Assembly: GCA_004431415.1 (NCBI GenBank)
Contig: QPMI01000476.1
Coordinates: 1-35,967, forward strand
Length of the DNA: 35,967 nucleotides
DNA from: Cyanophora paradoxa CCMP329
Lineage: Eukaryota; Plantae; Glaucophyta
Reading direction: 5' to 3'
Part shown: one piece after another, positions 1 to 11,499 of the stretch
Layout: every line of letters starts with the position of its first letter
How positions within the stretch are numbered: position 1 is the first letter of the stretch
The notes under the pieces: generated by a model
What the model was told of the DNA's origin: nothing
The model's database searches: none
Seen by the model: the letters and a program-made list of their open reading frames with translations, nothing else
Program-made: the position numbers and the translations under genes

Positions 1-496
1 GGCAAGTTCTACGGCGTCCAGTCCATCATCTCCGAGAGTGCGTGTCGCGCCGCGCCGCCCCTCCTGCGGAGTCCTGCGAGGGTCCGACGGCTCGCCCGCC
101 CGCGCAGGCGTGCACGCGGAGGCGAAGGGGGCGCACCTGTGCCGCATGCTGGACCGCGCCGTAGTCGTGGGGCGCTCGCAGCCCGTGCTCATCTACGAGC
201 TCATGGGCCGCCGCCGCCGCTCCGGATCCGCCGCCGAGCCGGCGAGCTCGAAGCTCCCCTCGATCGGGGCGCTGGGCGCGGAGGCGGCGGCGGCGCAGCA
301 GGAGGAGCTGGCGCGGCGCTACGAGCGGCGCTGCGGACGCTGTGGGCGCGCGACATCGCGGCGGCGCTGGCGGCCTTCGGGGCTCGCGCGGGACTTCCCG
401 CGGGACGGCCCCACGCGCGTCATGCTCGAGCGGGCGGGGCGCTTCTCGCAGGACCCCGCCGCCTTCTCCGACGTCTTCGTCGCCTCCTACAAGTGA
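1..496 (+). CDS. 3' end of host class III adenylate/guanylate cyclase with C-terminal helical extension; spliced, 5' part outside window
   Basis: Exon 1-37 (GKFYGVQSIISE) is followed by a GT..AG intron at 38-107. The next exon reads SVHAEAKGAHLCRMLDRAVVVGRSQPVLIYELMG, resembling the cyclase K-x-YG..ISE..LD..V.GR..PV.IYEL signature. It continues YEAAL..RDIAAALAAF..FPRDGPTRVMLER. Two apparent compensating indels near 325 and 378. Confidence 0.8.
   Translation, partial: ASSTASSPSSPRVRVAPRRPSCGVLRGSDGSPARAGVHAEAKGAHLCRMLDRAVVVGRSQPVLIYELMGRRRRSGSAAEPASSKLPSIGALGAEAAAAQQEELARRYERRCGRCGRATSRRRWRPSGLARDFPRDGPTRVMLERAGRFSQDPAAFSDVFVASYK
38..107 (+). other. Spliceosomal intron (70 nt)
   Basis: GTGCGT donor and CGCGCAG acceptor; removal joins the cyclase motifs in frame (A+GC = Ser). 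Indicates a eukaryotic host. Confidence 0.75.
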
Positions 497-914
497 CCCC
501 CGCCCGGGGGGCCCTTGAGCTTCTTTCTTGTCATTCTTGTTATTATCGACAGCGGTCTCCCCCCTAGGCTTCTTTATTTGCTTTTCGATGTGTAGCTGTA
601 CATGTGGATGCCTCACCGAGCCTCCTGTTTTCTCCGAGGCCTGTGCAAGTTACAGTGCAACTGCACTTTTGTGATACTATGATACCCTGCTTTTCATTAC
701 CCTGATCTACTGAGCTATTCGAGTTTAAATACTTTATATGTGCTGCTGTCACAACATACCTAATTATTATGATATATATCTTGCTTCTTCGTGCTCGTAG
801 TTTATTGAATAGAAAGTATGCGGACTGTTGAGTCGACGGTCTGTATCATCGGTTTGTACATGTGTGACGATGTGTCACACTGTGACATGATGTGTGCCGC
901 GCCTTCGTACAGTA

Positions 915-1128
915 CTGTAGAAGGCGGAAAATTGCCGAGGCGAAAAATTGCCGAATTCGTCCCAAACCGAAATTGCCGAGTCGATAAATTGCCGAGGACA
1001 GACGTCCGCTCTATGGCGGCCCGAAAATCCCTACCCCCAGCAACATTGCCGAGTCATTAAATTGCCGAATTCGGTGTCTCGGCAATTTACGGCAATTTAA
1101 AGACCCGGCAATTTTCCGCCTCCTACAG
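915..1128. mobile_element. MITE, Tc1/mariner-pogo-like (TA target site), AAATTGCCG family
   Basis: TIRs CTGTAGAAGGCGGAAAATTGCCG and CGGCAATTTTCCGCCTCCTACAG (1 mismatch), TA on both sides, repeated subterminal AAATTGCCG motifs. Confidence 0.8.
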
Positions 1129-1401
1129 TACTCTCTTTGTTTTGAGTAACTTTTGACTTCGCCAGCGCTACGCAGGCTAACGCAGCGGCGCAGCCTACCG
1201 TAGTACGCTTCCCGCCATGGCCAGCGCCCAAATTCGAAGCTCAGCGGCTCCCGGAGTCCCGAATCCCGAATCCCGATCGCGCCGCGGCGAGTCCCCGCCG
1301 ACGAAAGTTCCGGACTCCGGAGCTGCTGGCAGCCTGCCGCTCCCGGGACATGATATACTGGAGTAACTGGACCCATTACTGAGTCATACTGACCAGTACT
1401 A

Positions 1402-2839
1402 CTGTAGGACGTCTTAAATTGCCGTCGTGAAAAATTGCCGAATTCGCCCAAAACGGAATTGCCGTGGTAATAAATTGCCGAATCCAAAAATTTTGTTTGT
1501 TGGGAAGGACCCCCTTCCCCTTCCCCACTTGGGGTGTTCGGGTGCCCACCCTAGGCCAAATGAAATGTCCGACTCCCAAACTCAGGTTTTCTCGCCTTTT
1601 GCTTGCAAGGCATGTCCCTAGGAGTCCGGAAACGTGTTCCGGGACATTCGGGCCCCGTCCGGTGGGCCAGGAATGGGCAATAACATGTTTTCGAAAAATG
1701 CGGTCTAGCGCCTCACCAGGTGGCGGTATATCTGCCAACCAAGTGCGCCTAAATGCGCGTAATGAGCCGTCGATTCATGTCATACATGCCGAGACCGAAG
1801 GAGCACAGGGTGCCCGCTAGGCCGCCTCAAGTACCTTTGTACTTGCTAGTCCGAGACTCGATCTATCGAAACTCCTGAGAGTTTCGGCCGATTGCTGGTA
1901 CACCGCTTGAACGCTGAGGTCCGCTAGTGCCACGGTGGACAAGGAACAGCAGCTTCGTTTGTGCAACAGAGCAGCCGGCGCCGCCCCCGCCCGCGCCCCC
2001 GTCGCCGGCCCCGGCGGCGCGGCTCCTCCCGCTCCTGGAGCGCGACCTATCCGCCATCGCACGCTTCCCCGCGCTCCAGGCGATGCCATGATGGCGGCGG
2101 TGGTCTAGCGGCGGCACTCGGCCGAGACAGCTAGCTTCGATTCATTGGCCTCCGAGACTCACCCCCCCTCTCTTCTTTCCTTTCTCTTCACCCAGCCACA
2201 AGAGCCCGGCCCCTCCCCCGCCTCCCTCCTCCTCCTCCGGATCCTCCTCCTTCCCCCCCCCCCCCCCCCCCCCCCAAATTTCCCACTGGGCCACCTCTCC
2301 CCCCGTTCACGCCGTGACGCAGCGCCAAGGTCTATGTTCCACATGCTCCTGTAAGGCTAGGATCAGACAACTATAGCTAGTTAGCACGTCGCCCCCTAGG
2401 CCTTCCAATTGGAAGTCTCAGAGCAAGCCTCGCTTCCAATTGGGTGCCTGTTCAAAGTCTACTTCCTAATTGCAACCTGCTCAGAACTGCTCAGAACTTA
2501 GAGGTCCTTCCCCTCCAACAGGCCGCTGCGACAGCAGTGTTCCTGTTCGTTCATATGGGGCAGAAAATTAGCCCCCTCCCCCCGCCCCCCCCCCCCCCCC
2601 CCCCGAGGTACAAACTAGCTAAGGCTGACTATGACTGCGCATGCGAGCTCGAGGCGCCGGCCGCGGCGGCCTCCGCACGTCGTCGCTCATGGCGAGGTTC
2701 AAACTGTGCCGCGAACGTCGACGGCTGCGCCGAGGGACGGGGGGGGGACGAGCGACATTGCCGTCCCTTAAAATTGCCGAATTCGGCCTCTCGGCAATTT
2801 ACGGCAAAATAAAACGACGGCTAAAAAGCCGTCCTACAG
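1402..2839. mobile_element. Larger non-autonomous DNA transposon of the AAATTGCCG family
   Basis: TA|CTGTAGGACG...CGTCCTACAG|TA termini with AAATTGCCG/CGGCAATTT arrays at both ends; no transposase ORF seen. Confidence 0.65.
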
Positions 2840-2879
2840 TAGTTTCTGGTACAGACCGTGACTGTACAGAAATGCATGA

Positions 2880-3525
2880 TACTGTGGGAGGCGGAATTTC
2901 GCCAGAGTCTATTAATTGCCGTAATTTACAAATTGCCGAAACGCCGAATTCGAATTCGGCAATTTATTTTTTTTGGTAAATTACCGGCCACAGTCTCTAG
3001 ACACCAGCACTGCGGGGGCTGCCCAGGGGCATAAAGACAAAAAAGCAAAATAACTAAGACAAGAGCACGAAGAAAGATAAGACAAAGAGCCAAAATCGAC
3101 AATAAAAAAGAAAAGACACGGAGCTCGAGACAGATCGAGAAGAGACGAGAAATCGAGCAGATCTAGGACAGAGGATGACTGACACGAAGAAGAGCCAGAG
3201 CTAGAGATACCATCAATATCGGAAGGAATTACATCACTAAGAAGCGGAGGACAAATTTGGCAATTTAACGACTCGGCGTACGTATATATATAAGATAAAT
3301 TGTCGAATTCGCCTAACTATATATATATATATATTCGATGTACATGTCCTGCGAAAAGACTAGAATTAGGTCTTGTTGCTTTTAGTGCTCTTGCCTTAAT
3401 TAGTTTTCTTATTTCAGTCGTTCTCTTTGTTGAATATGCCCCCTGGGCAGCCCCCGCAGTACTAGTGCAGCAGTAGTGCTGGTGTCTAGAGACTGTGGCC
3501 GGTAATTCACCAAAAAAAATAGAAT
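2880..3525. repeat. AAATTGCCG-family element end plus a long inverted repeat (~2960-3070 vs ~3380-3525)
   Basis: TACTGTGGGAGGCGGAA at 2880 resembles the MITE terminus. TTACCGGCCACAGTCTCTAGACACCAGCACTGCGGGGGCTGCCCAGGGGCATA recurs as its reverse complement, with a small insertion, at ~3436-3505. Confidence 0.6.
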
Positions 3526-4411
3526 TAGATCGATATCTAGATTCTAGAACCTTGAATTTTTTCGATCGATTCAATGTCGAGTTCGAAGTCTTCGATCGGC
3601 ATTGCCATTGGCCGAAGGGCTTCAAATTCGTCGACGTGTTAGCTTCGCCGATCGCGACGAATTCGAAGGTCGGACGTCGACGTCGACGTTCGAATTCGGT
3701 TTTAATTTGCGATTGGCCAAGGGGGTTTCGTCGGACGAACGTCAGACGAACGTTAAAATGCATTTACTGCAAACGTACGAATATCCGCCATCGTTTAATT
3801 TCGACTATTTTCGCCAGACCCGTGCGTTGGCGAATATTTGACGCTGGCGAATTGAGCTTTTGTATGGAGAGAGGGGTACTAGCCGCTGATTCGTCTATGG
3901 CGAGGGTCTCGGGGTGGCGAAATCAAGACGCTGGCGGACTAATTTTCGCCAGGATTTTCGGGTTTGGCGAAATAAAGTGCTGCGGATATAGGCTGCAGCC
4001 TGCAGCACTACCAGTAGTAGCTGCACTACGTATACCGTCCAACTTGCCAAGTTGGCTTTGAGTGGGCATTGTCAAGTTGAATCTCTCAAAGCTGATCCAG
4101 GCCCTCCGGATCCGGATCCGCATATGCATGCGCAGCCGTTGAGCTTGCAAAGGAGGACTCCGGGAGGCGGAGAGAGCCGCAAGGCTGGCGGCGAGGTTGG
4201 GCGCAAGGTCGTGCCGCCGCGGCCGTCTTTGTCCCATGCATATGGCCAGGACTCCAGGAGGGGCCCCGGGGCCCTCAGGGGTGCAGCCTAGGAGGCTAGG
4301 ACGACGACGAGGAGGAGGATGAGCCCGAGGAGGAGGAAGATGACGAGTACTACGGTAGGACGTAGCTGAGCCCTTTGGGGGCCTTGCCAAGTTGCTGCGC
4401 CCTCTCTCGTA

Positions 4412-4596
4412 CCGTCGGGCACTAAATTACCGTAGTACCGCGGCATAAATTACCGCGCGTTTTAAAACCGGCCCGCCATAGGCCCATAGAGCAAAATACC
4501 GCGGTACGTACCAAATTACCGCGTTTTTACAAATTCTCGGCGCGGTAATTTGGTACCGCGGTAATTAAGTGGGCGCGGTATTTATGTGTTCTACGG
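4412..4596. mobile_element. MITE with AAATTACCG subterminal motifs (TA target site)
   Basis: TA|CCGT...ACGG|TA termini; AAATTACCG repeated on the left and CGGTAATT on the right. Confidence 0.6.
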
Positions 4597-4635
4597 TAGC
4601 CGGCGCGCTGTTGTGTAGCTATAGGCCTAGGAGAG

Positions 4636-4813
4636 ATAGGAAACTTCCTATGGAAACTATGGAAACTTCCTATGGAAACTATGGCAACCGTTGAACCTTG
4701 GAAACTTCCTATGGAACCTATGGAAACTATGGAAACTTCCTATGGAAACTATGGCAGATAGGAAACTTCCTATGGAAACTTCCTATCAGTTTCAACTTGG
4801 CAACCGTTGAACC
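4636..4813 (+). repeat. Minisatellite of GGAAACTTCCTAT / GGAAACTAT units
   Basis: Directly visible tandem units, arranged in two blocks that each end in GGCAACCGTTGAACC. Confidence 0.85.
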
Positions 4814-4858
4814 ACGAACAGCGCTGGCTGCAGGGCCGGTGCAGCCTGGCATGCGCAG

Positions 4859-5612
4859 GGGCGCGGTCCGGCGTCCGAGGCAGAGGCAGAGACGTAATTC
4901 TGATTGGTTCGTCAAGTCTGCCTGCAGAATTTAACTTGAAAATACTATGATAGGCTCTGGACCGCCGCGCGCGGGCCGGTACCGGTACCGGCCTGCCTCG
5001 ATCTGCCTCGACTTGAACCCCGGACCGGCACGGCGGCACCTGCCTTGCCAGTGCCTTGCCAGGCTTGCCTTGCCTTTTCTGCCTCGGCTGCCTACCGGTA
5101 GGTCGCGCCGGCGCCGAGGCCCCCCCTAGCAGACCGAGGCAGACTTTTTTTCCGACCTGCAGCCAACGCATCGCGCCTACGGCGTAGCTGATGCGCGCTC
5201 GCTAGCGCTCCGTAAACGCGACGGCAAAGTGATCAGCATGCTTCAGCGACCTGTGCGCGTTGAGCTCGTCGCCCAGCTCGGCCGGGCAGCCGACATCGCC
5301 AGCTTGCGAACTTTCTGGAACTTCGGAAGCTCGGCGCCGCGCGCCCGGGCCCAGACGCGTGCAGATGCTGCCAGGAACCTAGAGTAGCACTATGCACGCG
5401 TGCGCAATGCGCCGCAGCCCGCAGGACGCTGGCGGCGCTTTCTGGCCGACTTCGCGAAGCTTCTTGCCTTGCCTAGGTTGACGACCGGACCGACCCAGGC
5501 AAGGCAGAATTAGGCAGAGGCAGAATTAACTTGAAATTTCACGTATCCGGGGCAGAGGCAGACTTGAAATAGGCAGAAAGGCAGCAGGCAGCCGGACGCC
5601 CGGACCGCGCCC
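4859..5612. mobile_element. PIF/Harbinger-like MITE
   Basis: TIRs GGGCGCGGTCCGG(C)GTCCG and CGGACGCCCGGACCGCGCCC, flanked by the 3-bp direct repeat CAG; internal AGGCAG repeats. Confidence 0.6.
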
Positions 5613-5634
5613 CAGGCTCCACAGCTGCAAGTTA

Positions 5635-5892
5635 CTGTAGTATTGCTTTTTTAGCCGATGTTTTAAGTTGCCGTATATTGCCGAGAGGCCGCCGGGCCGA
5701 CTTCGGCAACTTTAAGCCACGGCAATTTTGAGGGGGTATACGGTACCTTGGGCTAAACGGCAGCTTTTGTATGGCGCCATACTATGATAGAGGATCCCGG
5801 AAATCCAGAGTTTCGGCAATTTATCGCCACGGCAATTCGGTTTTGGTCGAATTCGGCAATTTAACTACGCGGCAATTTAAGCATTCCTACAG
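5635..5892 (-). mobile_element. MITE of the AAATTGCCG family
   Basis: TA|CTGTAG...CTACAG|TA; the right ~80 bp resembles the reverse complement of 1400-1485. Confidence 0.65.
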
Positions 5893-7016
5893 TAAAGCCT
5901 GCAAGTTGCTGCAACTTGCCTGCAGCTGCGAGCTGCGTGACAGCCTCTGACAGGCACTGACACTGTCTGACAGCCTGTGACAGGACACGCTCATGATCAT
6001 GATCATATCACACATACCGGTATATAGGACACGCTCATGATCATAATCATCGGATCATCGGATCAGCCCGGATTCAGCCGACGGGGCCTGGGCTCGCAGG
6101 AGTCGCAGCTCCAAAGAGGCGCCGGGTCTCGACTCTCGAGACAAAGCTAAGAGGCGCAGATATAGCTAGCCTGAGACTCTGAGATCTAGAGAAACGTCTG
6201 CGCATACGTACGAGCACAAAGCTGCAGCGGTGAGCACTTACACCGCATACGTACTGCGGCAGTGGGAGTATTGCCAAGTTGGCAGGATCCCCAGTCCTGA
6301 TCGTTAGCTCCTTGCAATCGGGTGCGTATGCTTTCCGAAGTTCGAATTCGCGCGAGACTCCGACTTCTCCTTATTATATAATCAGCATTAGCGATAGCGC
6401 GCTTCTTACACGTGCGCCTTCATCATCTACAGGAGCACGAGATGATCGCAACTATGGACCAGGATCCGGAGATGACATCGATGGAGCTGGCTCCGTCGGC
6501 GCCGTGCGACGCCCTCGAGGCGATGCCCGGCACCTTGATCGAGAAGGTAATCATAAACGATACGTTAACGTTATAATCAACGTTATAGGCTAGATCTGCT
6601 GCACTTGCTGCTCGTGTTCTGCGCGCAGCTGATCATGATGCCGCCAACCCTCAGGGGACGTACGAGCTCCCATTCTCGTACGTATATATGCGCCGCGGCG
6701 CGTTTCTTGCGCACTAGAGGCATCTGTGGTGTATATATGTGTATACGTACGCGGTAGTGACTGTCGACGTCACAGGGAGGTGGGAAAGATCCGGTCCTCG
6801 GCTCAGAGGAGGTGTGTCCATGCGCGCTTCCATGAAACCGTTGAACGCTTCGGATCTAGACAGCCGCCTGCGTCTTCTATAGCTAATAACGCCCTGGCCG
6901 CTCCTGAACTAACCGGCCCCGCATCTGCAGTACCACGGCTCTGGCGCGTACAAGCTCCCCGCGACCTTGACTCAAACTTACACGTGCGTACCGTAGTACT
7001 ACGGTATATATATATA

Positions 7017-7074
7017 GAGACGACCGATTGCAACTGCATAGCCAGACTTTGAGACGACCGATTGCAACTGCATA
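7017..7074 (+). repeat. 24-bp direct repeat (two copies)
   Basis: GAGACGACCGATTGCAACTGCATA at 7017-7040 and 7051-7074. Confidence 0.85.
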
Positions 7075-7279
7075 TGACCGTCGGACCTTACCTATCCGGA
7101 CCCTAGGCCTGATCCCTTATACGTATCCCACATGCATGTGCTGCACATGTGCAGCTAGGTCTTCGTATTCGAAATCGCGCCTTTGCGTATATGAAAGATC
7201 ATGATTTGCGTCAACGCTGCGCGTCGACGTGCGAATGAGCATGCATATGCTTGATGCGTGCGACACGCGTCGGATCCGG

Positions 7280-9620
7280 AGCGCAGGTACTCCGACCAGT
7301 TCAAGGAGGGGAGGACCGTCGAGGAAATCGACTCGGTGACGGAGACTGGTGCGTTCGCTAAACCGAGCTCGCCTTATATTCGATTCGCGCGAGCGCTCAT
7401 GATCATGACCATGCATGTGATCATGAACTTGAACAATCGTCGACGTCCGCAGGTAACTTCGTGCTCCGTCAGATCGTGAGACCCCAGAAAGTCTTGTACG
7501 GAGAGTTCAAGAAAATTGCAGCCGGGTGCGATGCGCAGCCACGCGCACATGAACTTCAAATATAATTATAGATTCTCGCATCTAGCTAGCCGCTGAGCCG
7601 TGATCATGAATCACAAGAGCGAATCTTTCTGCTTTCTCTTAATGGGCTCTTACCCGTCATGTCAAATGCGTGTAGGTCGCCGGAGGAGAACCAGTCGCCC
7701 GGTGCGTCATCTGCGCATGCTGATCACAAGCTGTCGCAGTGTATGCGCGTCTGATCTCGATGCGGCAGCCCCGGACGCGGTGCAGTGGACGCGGGACCCC
7801 GCCTCCGAATCCTATGTGGGAGCGGGAATCCCCCAGCAAGGCCCTCGCATTCCGGATGGGCCTCGCGTGCCGGTGGAAGGCCCCGCGGGCCAGTGGGCGC
7901 CGATCGCGCCGCCCCTCGTCAAAGCCAGCAACGCTTCCATCAGCGTCGCCGAGCCGGTCCAGGCGTGCGGCGACAAGCCCTGGTGAACATCTCCAGGCAG
8001 TGCCCTGTCCGGGCTTCCTAAAGCTTCATCGTTTAAGGCGATTGCGCATGCGCAGCTTCCAGTCGCATCTGGCATCACTCGCGGTGGAGAGCGGGGCGCC
8101 GATGGTGCATGTAGGGGCAGCAGACAGCACTGTCCAAGTGGAGCTGGCTGCCAATAACATCCTGCTCCAAGCTCTTGAACTTAATGTGCGCCGCAGCCTG
8201 CGCATTCCCAGCTTGCGATTCCGCCGATTTCATGCGTAAAACGTCCGACGCAAGCAGGAGTCGTCTGACGCTCCGAAGAAAGAGCTGCTTCTCTCCGGGG
8301 ACGCGCTCGTCAAGGTGTGATTCTATTCGCATTGGTGTGATTCTTATGTGCGTGAGGGAGGCTGAGAAGCTCGCAGGACGTCGGCCTGATCCCCTACACA
8401 CTCCATTACAACTTGTCCAAGAATTCGCATGAGTCACGCGTGCTCGAGGAGAAAGGTGATTCATGCTTAGAGAGTATTTTATTATTCTTAACTATAGATC
8501 TCAGACGGGCCAGCCGTTAGAGCCCCCTTTAACGCGCGATAGCTTCCTGTCGAAATCATTCCGTAATAAGTGCCTGAACGAGTTTGCTGCTCGCGATTGC
8601 AGGAACGTTCTCCGAAACACAGGTGTGCGGATGCGGCCTCGATCGCAAGCCTCTTTCAGCATCGGCGTCCCCGGCCCGGGCCCGCGCGTTTGATTTTCTT
8701 TTCTTCGACCTCGCAGTCTGTCGAGGTCAACGGCCAAGGCACCTACACGTACTCGCACGGCGGCCTCTACGTCGGCGATTACGCCAAGCCCGGTCTCGAG
8801 GCGAGCAAACGACTTCACTGAGTCAGATAAAATCAAACATGCGGTCAGACCGTCGGACGATCAGATGTGCTAACCGGACGGCGAGCTCAGGTCGGAACGT
8901 ACGAGATCTATGCCCGCGACGTCAAGTCCTCAGCTGTCGAAACGCCGGTGCACTCATCGGAAAATGTGGACCCTAACCAGGTACGCTCACGCTCGCAACT
9001 GCAAACTTGTAGTTTAGGGTCTTCCGATATCCAGCTGGATATCGCTCCTCGAAAGCTCGTCGCTGATGCAGTGCATATCCATGCTCTGCACGCAGGAGCA
9101 ACTGCCCGGTGGCACTCTCAATCCGGCTGGGGACCCCATCATCACCCCGGATGGCGAGGCCACGGGCGACCGCGTGCGCATGCGCTGATCTGTCTGATCT
9201 CTCTCAGCTGAAATGCTGATGGACGGACCGGGTACCGGCACTATGTCACTCGCGCAGGTCCCCGCGTCGGAAGTTCTGGAGGCGTCGGACAGCACCGACC
9301 TGGAGCCGCGGCAGACAATCTCTGGGTCCGCGATCCGCTTTGCCATCCGATGTCCCTGCTTGACGCTACACTGTCCACGCTGCCGGCAGGGATCTGAAGC
9401 TCATTCCCGAGTTCAAATCGGACTCGATTCCAGGGCCCAAGTCATGCCCCACGGTTCGCTTACGCGCTTCTCGCTTCGCTAAATTGAAGTGCTACAAGAA
9501 GAACATGCATATGCTTTCTCACGGCAAACTTCGTTTGTCTGTGTCATCGCAGGGAGAGTGCCTGGACGTCCAGGCCCCCATCCACAACGCTACGGACTTT
9601 CTCAAAACCGCCTGCGAGTG
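7280..9620 (+). other. Possible spliced or degenerate host gene of unknown function
   Basis: Coding-like segments follow CGCAG acceptors (e.g. SVEVNGQGTYTYSHGGLYVGDY at ~8717, weakly MORN-like). No family recognised. Confidence 0.25.
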
Positions 9621-9816
9621 CGTTTCGCATACTTTAAACCTCACGCACAAATATATATATATAGCATACATTTGCACATATACGATTTATAAACCAGCGT
9701 CGAGGTTCGAATTCAGGGCCAGACGTTGAGATCGCGCGCGCGTGCGGTTTCGCAGCAGCGAGTCGGCCACCTGCGAAGTGCCCGTGGGCTTGAAGTGCCC
9801 GCTTGCGAACGCACAG

Positions 9817-10101
9817 CACACATAGTAAAATGCGGAGTTTTAACCCTCGGCTTATCTTAATTGATTTTGTTGATATATCTCGTATATTCTATTTCAATCA
9901 ATCGATAATCTGTGTATATCTTATCGAATATTCATTTATTTCGATTATTTTGTATTCTTTTCGATATTTTATCGTAAATTTCTCTTATTTTCCGATTAGT
10001 CTTACTGAGTCTATCGATAATCTGTATATATTTCCGAATAATATAACTGAATCTCAATTAGATCTTGCCTCTGGTTAAAACTCCGCATTTTACTATGTGT
10101 G
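9817..10101. repeat. Perfect 29-bp inverted repeat at the element terminus
   Basis: CACACATAGTAAAATGCGGAGTTTTAACC (9817-9845) and its exact reverse complement (10073-10101). Confidence 0.9.
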
Positions 10102-10340
10102 ATTGGTCTAAAAGTTAATTGATTTAATCGATATTATATTCATGTACTTTCTCGATTAAATTTAATTAAATTTAATTCATTTAATCGGAAATATATCGCT
10201 TAACTCGATTAAGATCCATATTAGATTCATTTGTTTAATAAAACAAATCGATCTCTTATTGAATCCAATCGTAATTATACATGAAACTTATATGTTTTTA
10301 TCATGTTTTAATGATTCTAAGGGGGGACCCTTAGGATTTT

Positions 10341-10812
10341 GAAATAATTGGGTGTGACAGGTGTGACAGGTCTATCCCAAACTTTTGATAGTTCATTTTT
10401 ATGTTATAGAAAAGTTTGGGATAGACCTGTCACACCTGTCACACAAACCATATTCAGTAAGGATCTCTTTTAATGTTAAAATTTCAGTGTTAGTTGGTGT
10501 AGTTGATTCACAAAATGCATCCTGTCACACCTGTCACACAAACCATATTCAGTAAGGATCTCTTTTATAATGAAAAACTCAGTAACAATAAGTAAGAAGT
10601 TTATCTATGTAATTCTACTTGAATAAACAAATGAAATAATCGAGTGTGACAGGTGTGACAGGTCCATCCCAAACTTTTGAGAGTTCATTTTTATGCTATA
10701 GAAAAGTTTGGGATAGACCTGTCACACCTGTCACACAAACCATATTCAGTAAGGACCTCATATATTGGTAAAATCTCAGTGTTAGTTGGTGTAGTTGATT
10801 CAAAAAATGCAT
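10341..10812. repeat. Tandem duplicated unit containing long palindromes with 35-bp arms
   Basis: GTGTGACAGGTGTGACAGGTCTATCCCAAACTTTT-23nt-AAAAGTTTGGGATAGACCTGTCACACCTGTCACAC at 10352-10444 (perfect) and 10644-10736 (1 mismatch); half copy at 10521-10566. Confidence 0.92.
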
Positions 10813-11200
10813 TTATACTCTGATTCATTGTTATTTCCTGTGAAATTTGAGTCAACTCAACCCACTTAGTCAACCCTTGCATTGAATTCGTAACAAAATC
10901 CATATACTTTTACTACTTTTACGATTAATATGAGTCAACCTTGAGTCCACTTAAATATAAATATAATATAATAGGGGGAATCTAGGGCAGATGCTTACTA
11001 AATGCAGTGTTAGATTGATGGGATCATAGATGGGATCACAGTTATCGAAGCAATATAATATAGTTGAATATTCGATATCATAAGTTGATCGAAACGATAA
11101 GTATATGGTTATAAATCGCGATTTTTGAGTTATAATCGAATTTAATCGAAAAAACCGCGTTTTTTTTTTACTTTTCAAGTTTCACGGCGAACGAAGTAAA

Positions 11201-11274
11201 GGTTCCCGAGCGGATTTGAACCGCGTAGTTTTGAGTCAGAAATCAAGCGCTCTATTCTCTGAGCCAAAAACGGC
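11201..11274 (-). tRNA. tRNA-like element (Gln-CTG-like; pseudo-tRNA or Pol III ncRNA)
   Basis: The minus strand shows an A-box/D-arm TGGCTCAGAGAATAGAGC, an anticodon arm TTGA-TTTCTGAC-TCAA, a T-arm GCGG-TTCAAAT-CCGC and a 3' GGGAACC. The acceptor stem is imperfect. Confidence 0.55.
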
Positions 11275-11499
11275 TTACCACCAAGTCGACTCCTGGGCTA
11301 GTGTTTCACCAAGTCTACTATGGCAAGTGACTTTTGCATCTTCAAACTGTTATATCTCATCACCAGATCATCAAAACGCAACGTTCTGCATATCGCTGTG
11401 AAGCGCTTGATAAGATCTACAAGACTATGTGTATATCATGTGCATATATGTATATCAGTCATACATATATTTGGAAAAAACGAGTTTTTGCCTAGCAAA

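Larger units (their letters stand above)
9817..10995 (+). repeat. Left terminal inverted repeat (outer extent inferred)
   Basis: 10852-10995 is the near-exact reverse complement of 35834-35967. The rest is non-coding, AT-rich and repeat-rich up to the host junction. Confidence 0.8.

Noticed and set aside
4636-4813. Telomeric repeat or coding repeat
   Set aside because: Irregular 9/13-bp units unlike known telomere motifs; the overlapping ORF is incidental.
818-6600. Numerous ORFs in the host region, including poly-Pro/Gly ORFs
   Set aside because: They arise from GC-rich repeats, MITEs and poly-C tracts; no recognisable domains or transposase motifs.
7017-7074. Mini-CRISPR from the 24-bp direct repeat
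   Set aside because: Only two copies with a 10-bp spacer; a simple local duplication.
9817-10101. Independent MITE insertion
   Set aside because: No target-site duplication (GCACAG vs ATTGGT) and it coincides with the host/virus composition boundary; treated as the viral terminus, though not fully excluded.
10341-10812. CRISPR-like array
   Set aside because: The sequences between repeats are themselves duplicated rather than unique spacers, there are no cas genes, and the context is a eukaryotic virus TIR.
11201-11274. Frameshift-suppressor tRNA explaining the split genes
   Set aside because: The 8-nt loop may itself be a homopolymer error, the frameshift sites share no common codon that I could see, and the host gene has similar indels.
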